Positions 50,855 to 64,000 of a stretch of DNA of 64,000 bases are shown here, one piece after another. Source of the DNA: Enoplolaimus lenunculus (taxonomy: Eukaryota); contig JASANG010002509.1 in the NCBI GenBank assembly GCA_030248215.1, forward strand, positions 620,001 through 684,000. Direction: 5' to 3'. The notes beneath the pieces are model-generated. The model had not been told where the DNA came from, did no database searches, and saw only the letters and a list, made by a program, of their open reading frames with translations. The translations under genes were made by a program, and so were the position numbers. How positions within the stretch are numbered: position 1 is the first letter of the stretch; every line of letters starts with the position of its first letter.

Positions 50855-53800
50855 AGCTGTATGCGTTTTTCCGTTGACGGATGTGTGCACCTCGAATATT
50901 TGTAAAATGTTTCAGCTGTTAAAATTCGTTTCGGACTCCAAAATGTTCAATCGGATACATGTTTTCAAGTTTTCAACTTTAAATTATGTGTCCTCCAATA
51001 CAATCTTGAATTGTAAAATCACGTACTTTTGTGCACTATTAAAGATTACCTTTCGACAGTTAAGCAGAACACAAATTGCTAAAAACTAATAATGCTTCAA
51101 CTATGCTTAAAATAAGAAAACTTTGCAAATTTTCTAAACATTTCTCTTCTTGTTCACCAAACGATACGTGTGTACCAGCGTGGTACTAGCGCAATATTAA
51201 AGTGGGTTGCGCTCCGAAACGCAAGCTGCAATTATTGTACATTGCACGAAATTGCAATTTATGCAATAATGTTCAAAAGTATTAATCTGCATTAGAGAGT
51301 TTTTGTTTTAAGCTTTGCAAATTTTAGCCACTGTCTGTGGTGAAATCTCGAAATTTCATTTGTTAAAGATGCACTGCTTGTCAGCTTTGACTTTTGAAGT
51401 GTTAGTATCTTCAAGTTTGTATTAATTAGACCAGTTTATTGCAAATTGCTAAAATAGAAGATTAATAGTTAATTGTGTCTCTATTATTTGTAAGTGTGCC
51501 ACTCTAACTGTCAGTTTTGTTGGCAGATAATGTTGCGGTTCAGCGGCGGATCCAGAAATTTCAAATGGCGGAAACGAATAAATAATAGTAAAGACGCTAG
51601 CAAACGAAACTAGCGACAAAATTTTCCGTTTTGATTCCTTTTGTAGGTTACGATTGGCGATAGGTACACTGCAAAAAATGGTGAGTCTGAGTTCAATTTG
51701 ACTCCACCACAGTCGAATTCGATTCCCTGAAGTTGACACGTTTGATTTGCGCGGAGCCGAATTTGACTCAGTTTGTGTAGAGTCCAGTAGAGCCTATTTC
51801 GGAGAGACTCAATTTGACTCAACATTTTTTGCAGTGTAACGTTCTGCTTAGATCCGTCAGTGATGCTGTTTTTCTGTTTTTTACTACATACGAATCGCAG
51901 CGATTTAACCGATTAAAGAGATTTACTTTAAGATCGATTGTGATTATTTGATACAAAGTTGTGTGCAAAACGCAACCACGAGCAACTGATTTCAACTGCA
52001 GATGTAGGTCGGACTTTACTTCCGTATTGTTTTTATTTCAATATCCCCTCTTGAAAACTTCGTCTCGTGTATTTTTACTCTTATCAAAAACAACTTATAT
52101 ATTTGTCTTTCGTCGTATCGCACTGGATTTTATCTGCGAGGCAATCATGTCCAAATGGTTTTGGTGGGTTTTGTTACGAGTCGAAATTTTGTTGCAATGC
52201 ATCGGATTGGCGAATCACTAATCGGCGGTTAAGTAGTCTACAGTTAATTATAAGTATAACATGAGTTTACCGTATTTTCACAACGAACCCGCAAAACGGA
52301 CATTAAATTATTCCGGAAAACTGAAACGGATATCCGGTTACACCACACCAATAAAATTGCCAGCGAGCGCGAAATATGGACAATTTTTAGCAGCAGTTTA
52401 GACAAAGGCATTCGGCTTCAGATGTTTCTTTTATGTTGGTGCAGTCGACTTAATTGCACATGTACGAATATTGCAAAATGCCCCTAGTATAACTCAGTGG
52501 CGGATTTTATTTTCGCAGAAATGCCATAGAGTAAGCTTAAGCTTTACGCTATTTTTTGACGAAACTTAAGCGTAGGCTGACAAATGTGCGTAAATATATA
52601 TACTGTTACGGCCCTATTGAAGTGTTATTTAAAACGCCGCCTTTAGTGTCTATATTGAAAACAATGCTTGTTAATACATTTTTTCTTATAAATTGTTTGA
52701 ATTCTTCACACTCGAATTCAAATAAATTTCAAACCAATTTTTGCAGCGACTTAAAACAATTTTTATGAGTTTTTTAGTACAAAAAAGTGTTGCTTTAACA
52801 CCTTGATAGCATTGTTTAATTGACGCGACAAGCTAATCAACTTCAATTGATGTATTGAAAGAATAACGCTACTAACGCGTTGCATTTTGCATTCACATCT
52901 GAGCTTTGTAAGTACGTTTTTAGGGCAAAATATTGGCTGCGGTTTTATACAAAGAAATGTTAAAATAGCCGTATTAGACGCATTCGCTATTCTGAGCGGT
53001 ACACAATTCACATTTTAATGCTGGTTCAACATTTACACGGTGCCTGGCTCCATGTATAGAACAGGGCCGGATCGTTTTCCGGATGGGCTGTAATAGAGTC
53101 AGTTTAAGGTTTATACTAACGTTTTTGCTTAGGCTTAGGCTTAGGCTTAGGCTTAGGCTTAGGCTTAGGCTTCCGAATGGGCTCATTCTTACGCTTAGGC
53201 TTAGGGTTAGGCTTAGGCTTAGGAATATGCTTCATAATACTGTTCCGGCCCTGTTCTATACATGGGCCCGATGCGTTAACCGATATTGTAAGCAGTTTGT
53301 AGCAGTTTAATATTTTTACCGTATTGTATCTTGGGTAAAAAGTAGGTTTTGTGGCGTAAATATAGCAGCGTAAGCATGAAACAACGAACACTTGAAACAC
53401 TTCTTTGAAATTTGTTTAAGTCTCTTCAACAACTTCATTCGTTGAGTCTTCAAACGGTAGCGAAATTCGCGATGTATAATCACAATTTCAAATTGATATA
53501 TTGTGGTTTAGGTTTATTTCGCCAAACATTTCGTATGTTCGTTTATAATATGACAGATATTGCAGAAAAAAAAACATTTTCTAATTTGTTAAGCATATTC
53601 CGTCTAATTTGTCAAATTTCGTTTATTTTTTATTTTAAAGTGTACCGGAAATTTAAGTTGTTTACCAAGAGTGTATAATGCAACAGTGTGCAACTCTTTC
53701 GGTTCCACATGATACAAAATGTACAACCGGGCGTTGCGTTTTTGACCGACCCCCTTTTGTTTAGAGGGGGGTCGCTGTCGCATGCAATAACCCTAAATTA

Positions 53801-55619
53801 ATTTATAGGCGGAGCAATTTTTGTTGCCGGGTACATAAACTGTCATGGTTCGCACAGGTTGTACCCCCCCCCCCCCAGATACTGAGAATTTTCCATTAAT
53901 AATTCAGATAATTAGCGGATTGTTTTCAAAATTTGTGCAAAATGTTGACTTCAAACCCGTTTCAAATTGAAACACTGCCGGTTTCCATGTTTATTCATAT
54001 AAAAAAACCTTAATTTAAGCGTGAAAATGTTTTTATTATCTTGTGGAAATAGAACATTTTGCTTTTCGGTCTTTTTTCACTGTATATAAGCGCGGCCAAT
54101 GTTACTTTAAGGGGCGTAACAGCAGATTAAGCGTATTGCTAAGCCTAAGCCTAACCCTAAGCGGTGCAAAAATGTGTTCCTAGGCCTAAGCCTAATCCTA
54201 AGTGTTGCAAAAATGTGTTCCTAAGCCTAAGCCTAAGCCTAAGCAAAAAGGTGTAATCTTGAATCTAAACCTACTCTTTTATGGACGTACCAGAAACCTG
54301 GACGCCCGTTAAAGTAACACGGGCCGTAAGCGCTGTATGAATTAGTGCACGAACTACTTGCAGCTGCATGCGTTTGCAACGAAAACATCATTTTCATTCT
54401 GAATCGTGACATGAATTTATTTGAACTGTAATATTAGCGACGCTAACAGATTTATTAGCCGATATACCTGCAACAAGCTTGAAAACTTATATTTGTTTTC
54501 GCTTGTATTTAGTAGAGCGATAAACAATATAGCAGTATTGCATTGTGTAACATCTTTGCTCAACTTAGATGAGCGGGTGGGTGTAACAATGGCTTCTATT
54601 AGACGTTTAAGAATGAGTTAAAAACTAAAAACTATTTAAAGAACACTCGTTTACGAGTAAAACATAGAAAAATCTTTGAAAAATATTTTTTGTATTTTGA
54701 AATGATATTTATTTCTATTTTTCTCTTTCTACTCGCCTTGTTTATTTTTTTGTCAGTTTTTTGGCTGTATTATTTTGTTTCGAAATGTTCGTCGTTATGG
54801 CAGTTGTTCACTCCCACGCGGACGCCTAAGCCCAAGCCTAAGCCTAATGATAAGTCCAAGCCTAATCCTATTGTTAAGCTATTCAGACACTCCAAAATTG
54901 GAACATTTCGTATACTTTCGTTTAAAATGTACAAGTATAGTTTCACTTTTAGCGGCAGTAGCGTTCTATTGTAACACATTTACTATAAAATGACAGCGGA
55001 GGATTCAGGAAAAATTTAACAGGGTTTGCAAGTTGGCATACATGGAACCAGTACGATACTTTGACACCTACACTTGACTGACGCTGTCCCAGCTCTAGGT
55101 TATTTCTCACTGTTATATTTGACAAAATTTTTTTGTAAAATACGGAACGAAGAGGAAGGTTCACGGTATCCCAATGAACTCACCCTAAATCTGTCCCCTG
55201 GGCGACTATTGAGTACACCCTCGACATCGCTGTATATGCCTTGCGGGGCGGTGGTAGTTGCCGATACGTTAAAACATGGCAATACAATATAGTATGGTAT
55301 AAAATGATTTGAATATTTAAAATCAAATAAATTTATGAAAATAAAAACGTTTTTCCTCCCAAAATATGCGATATTAATTGTGTTTTAAATTGTCGGAAAA
55401 TGGATCCAATCAATTTTTGCAAATATTTGTTATAATTGGTTCAAAATTTCAATTTGGACTTCTCCAATTGAGAAAATATTAAGAATGAGTTAATTTTTTT
55501 AAATAACTTTTTTAAATAATACTGTATAAGATTGGAATTTTTGGCAACACTATAAACTTTGATGAGTTGGTCAATCAATCTAAGTTAGCCAGTCAATTTT
55601 TTGGTTATTTCTGAGTTAA

Positions 55620-55800
55620 TAACAGTAAATATCAATTCACTGTGAGCCGATTTAATTCCGAGTGAGTTGATTAATTAACTCAGAACGAGATTAAATCAAT
55701 TCAGAATTCTGAGTTCTGAAAGTCATAATGCAGAGCTCAGGCTTCTGAGTTGATTCAATGCATTCTGAGCTAAAATCAACTCAATGGAATTTACCGTGTA
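55620..55800. mobile_element. Fragments of an element ending GGAATTTACCGTG; relatives at ~43876-44020 and ~55850-55990
   Basis: Shared GAGTTGATT/AACTCAGAAT repeats and the identical terminus AAAATCAACTCA.TGGAATTTACCGTG. Confidence 0.55.
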
Positions 55801-58800
55801 CAGCACAACATCCGACAATATGGCGTAAATGTGCTGGCCAACATTGGTGCCCGGAGTTAATGTATTTCTTGATTTGTTGAGTAAATAACTCAGAATGAGT
55901 TAAATAAATTCCGAATTCTAAGTTTTGAAACACCTAATTCAGAGCTCAGACCACTGAGTAGGTTTAAATCATTCTGAGTTGAAATCAGAGGCTTAGGTTC
56001 ACCAAAAGCCTTACCTAAGCCTAACATTTGCATAATCCTTTACCTCATCCTAGGTCTGAGCCCAAGCCAAAGCGTCTTTAACGGTAATTGTATAAGAAAC
56101 CCTATCAATGTCCAAATTACAGCATCAATGTGGAGTTTTCGCCAGAAAATGAATTTTTGAAATTTAAAACAAAAGTGTAATTTATCGCTTTGAATGCACC
56201 AGTCAGCATTGTGACAGTTATGATTAACGGTGTAACTAATCGAATGAAATATTTTCCGTTTGACAACAAATTTTAAAATCGACTCTCAGTGTGTAAAAAA
56301 CGGAAATTTGACAATTTTTAAACTATGATTCAACAAAAATCAACAATTTGTATAAGATGTGTTTACAGTACAGTTGAATGTAAAATTGTAAAACTTTCTG
56401 GTGAATTCAGCATTTTAAAATTGGGTTTAACCCTTCAATAAATATTTCGGCCAATGTAAACAACAGGGGCGGAACTGTATTATAAGAATATTACTATCTA
56501 AGCCTAACGCCTTAAGCCTAAGCCTAAGCCTAAGCCTAAGCCTAAGCCTAATCCTAAGCCTAAGCCTAAGCCTAAGCCAAGCAAAAAAATTAGTCAAAAG
56601 CTTACATTTTACTCTATATATAGTCTCAAAGAAAAACGTTCCGCACCTGATCTTTACCTGGGCCAAAATTTTGAACATGGTGGTTTTTATGAGTTAGAAA
56701 AATCTTCTAAATTATTCTAAGACGATGATCCCATCGGCTTTCTTTAGATGCGAGCAGGTACTGTGAGCCATGGTAAAACATGAATTTGTATTCATATCTT
56801 AAGTACAAAAACGTATCTTGTAATGTGGGTTGAGAATAATTTTCTCCATTGATGCATGACGCTAATGACTTTTGCGCGTTAATATGACCGTGAGCCAGAG
56901 GGTGAGCTTGGATGGTGTAGCACCCTTGGAAAACCTCTTACTTTCCCCAGAAAAGTTTCAACCTCGATTGTAAGGCATGCGAAATTCCTGCATACAACCT
57001 GGGAAATTTTTTAGCCCCACCTCCAACCATGTCGAGCTGGCTACAGGCCTGTGAAAATATTGCAGTTAAAATTATATGTTGGTTAGCTTTAATACTTTTA
57101 TTAGGTCAAGAATTGTTTTTTATTAATTTTTAATCAGTTTGATGTTGTTTGACTTAATTTTAAGTTTACTTCTTTTTGCTCATAGAAATCTGTATAAATT
57201 GTAAAACATTGCATTTTATGTATACGGACATCTCGCTAAAATCAAATATATCCGCCTCTTGAATAAATTTTAGAAACATATTTACGGCTGTCTAAACTGC
57301 AAATGCTATCATTAGTTTTTTCGGCTAAATCCGTTTTTGGTTTTTGTGCCAGTATTCTCACATGTGTGTAGCATCCTAGCATCAGTTGGTGATAAAAATT
57401 CGCGGTTGTTAGCTTGAACTCATCCTTGTGCTCGAATTCAATTCCTTAGCAGCCTTAGTTGACATATTTGGGGCCTATTACGCGTTTGCTGATAGTTACC
57501 CGTTACTTTTGCTAAGCCAAGGAACTATCTGAGTTGATGCCCACTGAAAAAACCAAGAAAACTTATACTAATGGTCAGGCACGGGCCCGTAGTCAAGACG
57601 GGGCCAGTGGAGGTTCAGTGTCCCTGACAAACTTCCACCTCCAGAAACTTTTCAACCTTGCCTGTAACTCATTGAAAACCCTTGAATCACCCTGCTGAAA
57701 AATATTTAACCCTCCCAGCAAGGCGAGTTGACTACGGTCCTGCAGGCAAGCCAGCGCAATTTGATAAGCTGGCCACAATAAATATAGGAGCCACAAGAGG
57801 TTGAAATAACTAAACTTACAGGCGAGATTAAAAAATGTTACTAGGAGGGGCAAAATTTTGCAAGGTACAGCTGAATATCCCCAGACACACTTCTAGGTAC
57901 GGGCTCTATAAAAGTGTGCCGTACGCATAGAACAATAAAATAAAACTTGCTGGTCCACTTGAAAATGAGCTAATTATTACAGCGTAGTGCATCAAGGATC
58001 GGCAATTAGCCCTATTATACGTGCTTGTACCTATAACATCTGCCATGTATGCCTGTATTCGCACGGGGCGTCCAGGTTTCTGGTAGGTCTATAAAAGAGT
58101 ACATTTTTGATTCTAGATAACATTTTTTTGCTTAGGCTTACTCTAAGGCTTAAGCTTAGCAACACATTTTTGCAACGCTTAGGCGTAGGCTGTTATTACG
58201 CTTTGGAATACGCCTAATCTACTGTTACGCTCCTAAAAGTAACATTGGCTGAAATTTTATGGAACCTAAAATCCCACTCGTTCCGTTTTCCACAATTCGG
58301 GTTTATTGTCACTGTTCCACAAATGTTTACTGTTAAACGTCGATCATACAGTTTTAATGGCAAAAATTAATTTTTTGGCACCAAACAAAATTTTCTGTCT
58401 CTCGCTCAAATCTCTATACAAAAATGACAAATTTGTTCGATAGAAAAATGTATTAAAAAAGACAGAATTGTAAAGAGAAAAAAAGTGAAAGTTCGTGCCA
58501 AACATTTCGATACTTTTCAAATTTCTACTACTTATAACTATTTTTTGGCCTTTATTGAACGAGATGAGAGAGTAAGGTAGAGGCAGACTGTTTTGTTTTT
58601 TTGTAGTCGAGTTTGTGACCTGACGTGTATATGCAAATATATTGCGCGTTTTCACATGAATGTACAAATTTGTTGTTTTTATCCGCTGCGATATCTATAC
58701 ATTTATATATATACGATTGCAGTTTTTGCAATTTGAAAATTGAAAATTTTGCCCATACTGCAAGTGCAAAACGTTCAAATGTGGCTATTGTAAATGGTTT

Positions 58801-61421
58801 TAGCCTCGAGATAAGGCATGATACGAACGCCAGATCTGGATCAAACTGTTTCCAAATACAAGCACTCGTTAGAAGCTTTAAACGTTCAATTTGGCCAGAA
58901 GGTTTCGTTCGTCTTAATAGCTGGGTGTAGGATTAATGAAAAAGATTTCAATTACTATCGCTTAACCAACAGATTACAGTTCAATTTGGTCGTCTGCTAC
59001 CCTGAAAAATACTAACTGAAAATTTTTCGATTAAAGATACTAACTGAGAATTTTTCCTTTAAATCTTTCTCATCTGAATATTTTCAATTTCATATAAGAT
59101 GCACTTTCAAGGTACTATTCGATCCCCAGTCTCTCTCGGGTTGGAGGCGTCTACGATGACCACTCAGCTGTAGGAGCTTGACATTCGAGCTCGAGAGGAC
59201 TCTCACGTCTTGTAGAGATTTTGCACTGCACATATATGTTACTTATAAACACTGCTGTTGCTCATAGGTATATTACTTGTATTTTGTTGCTCATAGTATA
59301 CTGTATGAGTGAAAAGGTTAAAAGTTGTATTCTTGAATTCGGTTACATATCTTGAGTGATTTTAGAGCGTTTACTGTTTTAATTTTTCTCAGTTAAAACT
59401 GTTTTAGGTTTAGGTTTTTTAAAATCGAACCAGATGACCAGAATCAACTCTGTACGGCGTTTAGATTTTGCCGAAAAATTCATGTCTACAATAAAAATAC
59501 CAGATTGTTGCGTGAAGAGTTCAGTTAGTTCAGAAGGCATTTCCTACACTCAAAATAATATTTCTGGTATTTAAGAAAAAATTTCTTACATTTGAGAAAT
59601 ATGATTAGCAAGGTGTACTTGAAAAGTATTTCTGTTATAACAGAAATGTTTTCAAAAACGTTTTGAAATAAAGTCTGAAAATAAACGTTTTCCAGTTATT
59701 TTTAGAAAAAGTGTCTTAAATGTCAGCAAAACTTTTCAGATTTGCCACAGAAAACACTTTTCTGAATAAATTCAGAAATACTTTTTGTGTGATACAATAT
59801 TGTGGATATGATTGAAAGTTTATGCATCGTCCACTTTATCTTGCATCCGCCCTGTGGAAAATGTGTATTGAAACACTGCTTGTTTGTATGCGCTCCGTTT
59901 ATTTATTTTCATGATCTTCCTACCCTGGCGGTTTAACTGTAATAGGTTGCAAAAGTGTTTTCCTCGTTTCGTCACAATTTACGACGTTGTATTTACTATT
60001 AACGCTCTTTATATGCGCTTCGGTGTATATTTTTCTCTCATTATCTCGTTTTTAGACTATTAATATTAAGGTTGGTTTGAATTTTAATCCATTCGCAACG
60101 ACCCGTCCAATAACGGTTCTGTATTTTTAATATTTTTAACTTACTCATTTAAAGAATATTAGAACCTGTTAACAGTTATAGAACACACTGACTCACAGCC
60201 GCTACTATCACTTATTTGTTTTTCGTTCTTTTAAAACTTGTGTGGGCGACATTATACGCTTTACTGTACAGTTTGAGAGCATCGAAACGTTACTAGTTTC
60301 TCGATTTCCGGATACCAGGGTTCGCCAAACCGGATATGGTCGGCCAGCGGTGATGAAAACGAATATTGTACATTAATTACATAATATATTTCTAAAATTG
60401 CATTTGGCTTCTTGTTCGATATTAATTTTCACTATTATATCCATCTCACGCGGCCCCCGTCACAAATTACTGAAAGTGCCACAAAGTTTTTTCATTTATC
60501 TGTTTTGTTTTGTATTATTATTATTATTATTATTATTATTACACATATTTCAGGTGTTTAGAATATACTTTTAGAAAAAAAAGTTTCGCTTAATATTTGC
60601 TGAAGACAAGCATCGCACAAAATAAATATTAAGTGATCGAGACGTCCCAAGATTGATTATTTTTTTTTACTTTTTATTTCTTTTTACGCTCTATGACGTC
60701 AGTTTACTGATTGAAAACGATAGTAGTTTAGCTTTGATCGTATCCGAATCGTAGCTAACGGAACCGTTTCGAAATAAGCATTCCAAGATAGTGCAATGAT
60801 GACAATATTTCATTTGATAAAATTTTCAGTGGAAATTAACGTACAAAAGTCGAGATCACAATCAGCCCTACTTGGTTAATAATATGGTTCTTACAACGTA
60901 GCTGAAATGTTTCCAAAGACTCGAATATGTTACATTCTTGGCTGGTATTTTCAGTATTTGGTTTAACATTTTATAGTAATTTTGGCCCATGTATAGAACA
61001 CGGCCGCAACAGTAGTATAAGCATATTCCTAAGCCTAAGCCTAAACATAAGCTTAAGCGTATGGCTGAGCCTATTCCTAAGCCTAAGCCTAAGCCTAAGC
61101 ATAAGCATAAGCCTAAGCAAAGAAATTAGTCAAAACTTAAACTGAATCTATTGTAGCCCCTCCGGAAAACAATCCGTCCCTATTCTATACATAGGCCCTA
61201 ATTTTTATAATTTATTTTAGGAATTTGATATATCAAACCCAGTTCAATACAATAATTTCAATTTTAAGCCATGATCTGATGAAACTACTGAATTAACGAA
61301 ATTAATACAATATAAACTTTAACGACACTTAATTTCCGTGCAAATATCACCGCAAACTGCATTCATTATTGTACAGTGTGAATGCTTCACTGTTTCAACC
61401 ATACCGATTACCCGTTAAAAG

Positions 61422-64000
61422 ATGTCTGTTCGAGTAGAAAATCGGTTGAAAACGCATTTTACCACGGCTGTTTGCTTGTTTATTCTGACAGGTAAGTTGA
61501 AAGCTACCGAAGGTGCGGTAAATAAATCGTAGCGAATTTTAAATTTTTTTTCAATGACAATACTACCATTTGACCAATGTTAACTGCAATAGCAGCTTGG
61601 ACACTGAACCGAAACTTAAAACTAAACCAAGTCTGACAGTCTCTAAATGCGTCAATTTCAATTTATTCCAGCGGGCAGACTCGTATAATTAACATTGAAC
61701 CAAATTTAATGAAGAAATATTTACCCGAATTTTAGTGAGCAGTTTGCTTTTTTTAAAGACAAGAAAGATTTAGCGTTGCGCTATACTTGACGTCCGCCGC
61801 CGTCCGTCACCGTGCATCAACCGTACGGCGGCGTCCGTCACCGTGCGTCACCCGTACGGCGGCGTCCGTCACTGTGCGTCACCCGTGCGGCGGCGTCCGT
61901 CACCGTGCGTCACCACGCCGCCCCCACCCCCACCCCGCGCCGCCCCACCCACCCGACGCGCCGCCCCCCCGTACAGCGCCGTCCGTCACCGTTCGTCACC
62001 CGTGCGACGCCGTTTCACCGTTCGCCTCACCATACATTATCGTACGTGAGTTATTTCCGTACGATACCGCACGGTGACGGACGGCGCCGTACGGGTGACT
62101 GACGGACGGCGCCGTACGGGTGACTGACGGCGCCGTACGGGTGATGGCGGCGTCCGGGTGACGGACGGCACCCGATGGCGTCGTACGCTAATAAAAGTAT
62201 AGCGCAACCCTTAGTGCTTAGTGTTTATTAAATGTGGTGTAGAAACTGACAATTTTATTAGCAATTCGCCACACTGGTCAAAAAAGCAATATATTGCAGA
62301 AAACACTGACTTGCATACATTTGTTTTTATGCAATTCTGCAGTGTACGTATGTCAGCCAGCGGTCATTTTGCCATAGTTAGGTATGTTAAACGTTCTCGC
62401 ATTAATTATACAGATTTATTATAGGACTGCCCGCTGTATTGGCAACTGGTCAAAATGACCAAGAACACAACAACGACCAACTGGTGCAAAACGACGATCC
62501 AAACGTTGTCCCATCGCGTGGTAATAATATTGCTTATCGAAATCGACTGGCAGCAACGGCCCGAATTAAGCCACGTCATCGCAAAACTGAATCGACCAAT
62601 CAAAAACGAGGAACTCAAAATACGCCAATGAGGCCTGACTATATTAATCAGGCACCGTCATCAGCCTTGTTTTCTTTAGATCCTGCAGTGGTAAATTTTG
62701 ATCAAGGCGAACAAGTAGAATCTCGGGCATCTCAGCTATCCCATGACGGTTTGAGTTCTGACGAGTACACGAATATGCCTTATCATCCGCTAGATGATGC
62801 TGGAGTCGATGAAGGTGTTGATGCGACAGGAGTCACTAAGCTGGTTGGCATACCGATGGACTCGGAAAACCTGGATTCTGTTGACAAAGTTCTAGTCGGT
62901 CCAAACGGAGCTGTTGCAGGCCACAGCGGGGTTACATCGGAAATCCTTCGCGAAGGAACAGTCCAACGAGTTCCGGGCATAGAAGACGGTCCTGTACACT
63001 GGGTTGGTCCACAAGATCGAACCAAACTACCAATGCACTACCAAAGCAGTCCGACATCTGGCGAAATTGAGCCCGAAAAACAGGCTAACAATGGAAACAC
63101 GGCGGCGGCTGGTCAGACAAAGCTTGAAGCTGTGAAAATGATACCAGGCGAAGAACAAAAACCACCGTCACTCGTTGGGTACCACAATCCCAGTAGCGTT
63201 GATCGATCCGACATCTTAGAGCTGCCTCAAGAACCGGATGCGATAACAGAAAGACCGCAACATAGCGGCCCGGTGAATCGTACTGAAATCGCCGAAAAAC
63301 TCAAATCTCTCAGCACACCTACGTTGCGTTTGACGGCAACGTTGCGAAATTCCAAACAACCGACTGAAATTGAAACTGGTCACATGGAACGCAATCCAAA
63401 ATTCGAAACTGGTTTAGGTGTTATACCTGGCCAAGATCAGCGCGACGAAATGTCATCACCCTATCCAAATGCTGAACCAGAGTCTGATCAACTCGAAAAA
63501 TCAATTTTACTTGGTCTTAGATCGGTAACCGATCCTGTAACAAGGTTTGACGTATCGGACGGCAGCGAAATTTCTTACCCGTCGCCCAATCGTTATTTTA
63601 ACTCGACTATTCCACCTATAGCAGCAGGAGGCGTCGACTCTGTGGTAAACGGGACATTCGGGCAAAGCTGGCCGCCAACGCAGCCACGTGACGGAGTAAC
63701 TCGGTTCGGTATCACTGGTAGAATTGGTGAAGAAGATCATTCGAGCGATTCTGTTTCCAGTAATACGCGAGCAGGTCAAACAAGCCGTACGCGAGGAAAT
63801 GAAGCTGTAATCGACGTCCGGTCCCAATCTGGCTTAACGACAGAATTGGGCTCGTTTGAATCAGGGACCACCACGAATCTGGACTCGTCTAACAGCCGTG
63901 CTCCGGCGAATTATTTAGTAGATTTTCCAGGAGTGACATCGGTGCAGTCAACGTCGCAGCCTCCTCACATTGAACCCGGCGAAACTTTTGCCCCGATCGA
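61422..64000 (+). CDS. Large secreted low-complexity protein of unknown family, 3'-partial; exons 61422-61491 and 62425 to beyond 64000
   Basis: MSVRVENRLKTHFTTAVCLFILT with a |GTAAGT donor joins TTATAG| at 62425 in phase 1 to complete a signal peptide (GLPAVLA). The frame then stays open for about 525 codons to the window end (S/T/P/G/D/E-rich, no Cys seen). It is absent from the ORF track because no stop is reached. Confidence 0.85.
61773..62210. mobile_element. GC-rich foldback PIF/Harbinger-like MITE; truncated relative at 43714-~43860
   Basis: TTA|GCGTTGCGCTATACTT ... AAGTATAGCGCAACCC|TTA. The left arm has tandem CCGTACGGCGGCGTCCGTCAC-type units and the right arm their reverse complements. 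Confidence 0.8.

Noticed and set aside
53083..53400. ORFs with LRLRLR / KPKPKP / SLSLSL runs (also at 4458, 50044, 54690, 56427 and 60927)
   Set aside because: These are translations of TTAGGC/GCCTAA tracts inside MITEs, with no splice or homology support.
56516..56575. True telomere or chromosome-healing site
   Set aside because: The tract is short and enclosed within MITE TIRs and a TSD, and such tracts occur in both orientations across the window.
61787..62102. Arg/Pro-rich ORFs in three frames
   Set aside because: They are a by-product of the GC-rich foldback repeat within an intron.
62406..63827. Minus-strand ORFs opposite coding exons (also 11329, 14068, 21991 and 30059, and plus-strand 14726)
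   Set aside because: They are antisense shadows of real coding sequence.

Overview
AT-rich, intron-rich animal genomic DNA, probably a nematode. This is inferred from abundant TTAGGC repeats, TTTCAG/TTTTAG acceptors and an adducin N-terminus of the nematode ADD-1 type. I reconstructed five spliced protein-coding genes by hand from GT..AG junctions and frame continuity: (1) the 3' part of a glucose-6-phosphatase gene (+, to 2184); (2) a 406-aa secreted, probably GPI-anchored protein with two complete tandem Cu/Zn-SOD domains (+, 6102-11671); (3) mitochondrial ribosomal protein L30 with a long C-terminal extension (-, 17658-14563); (4) adducin (+, 21459-34686), with a duplicated pair of 99-nt candidate mutually exclusive exons separated by an intron packed with ACUAAY (STAR/Quaking-type) motifs; (5) the start of a large, unrecognised, secreted low-complexity protein (+, 61422 to window end). 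Introns and the 36-61 kb interval are dense with non-autonomous DNA elements: Merlin-like TTAGGC MITEs, hAT-, PIF/Harbinger-, piggyBac-, CACTG/TA- and Tc1/mariner-like elements, and a Helentron-type element. There are also tRNA-derived SINEs and a 5'-truncated LINE. Several patches look like assembly or consensus artefacts. No database searches were run, so family assignments rest on motif recognition.
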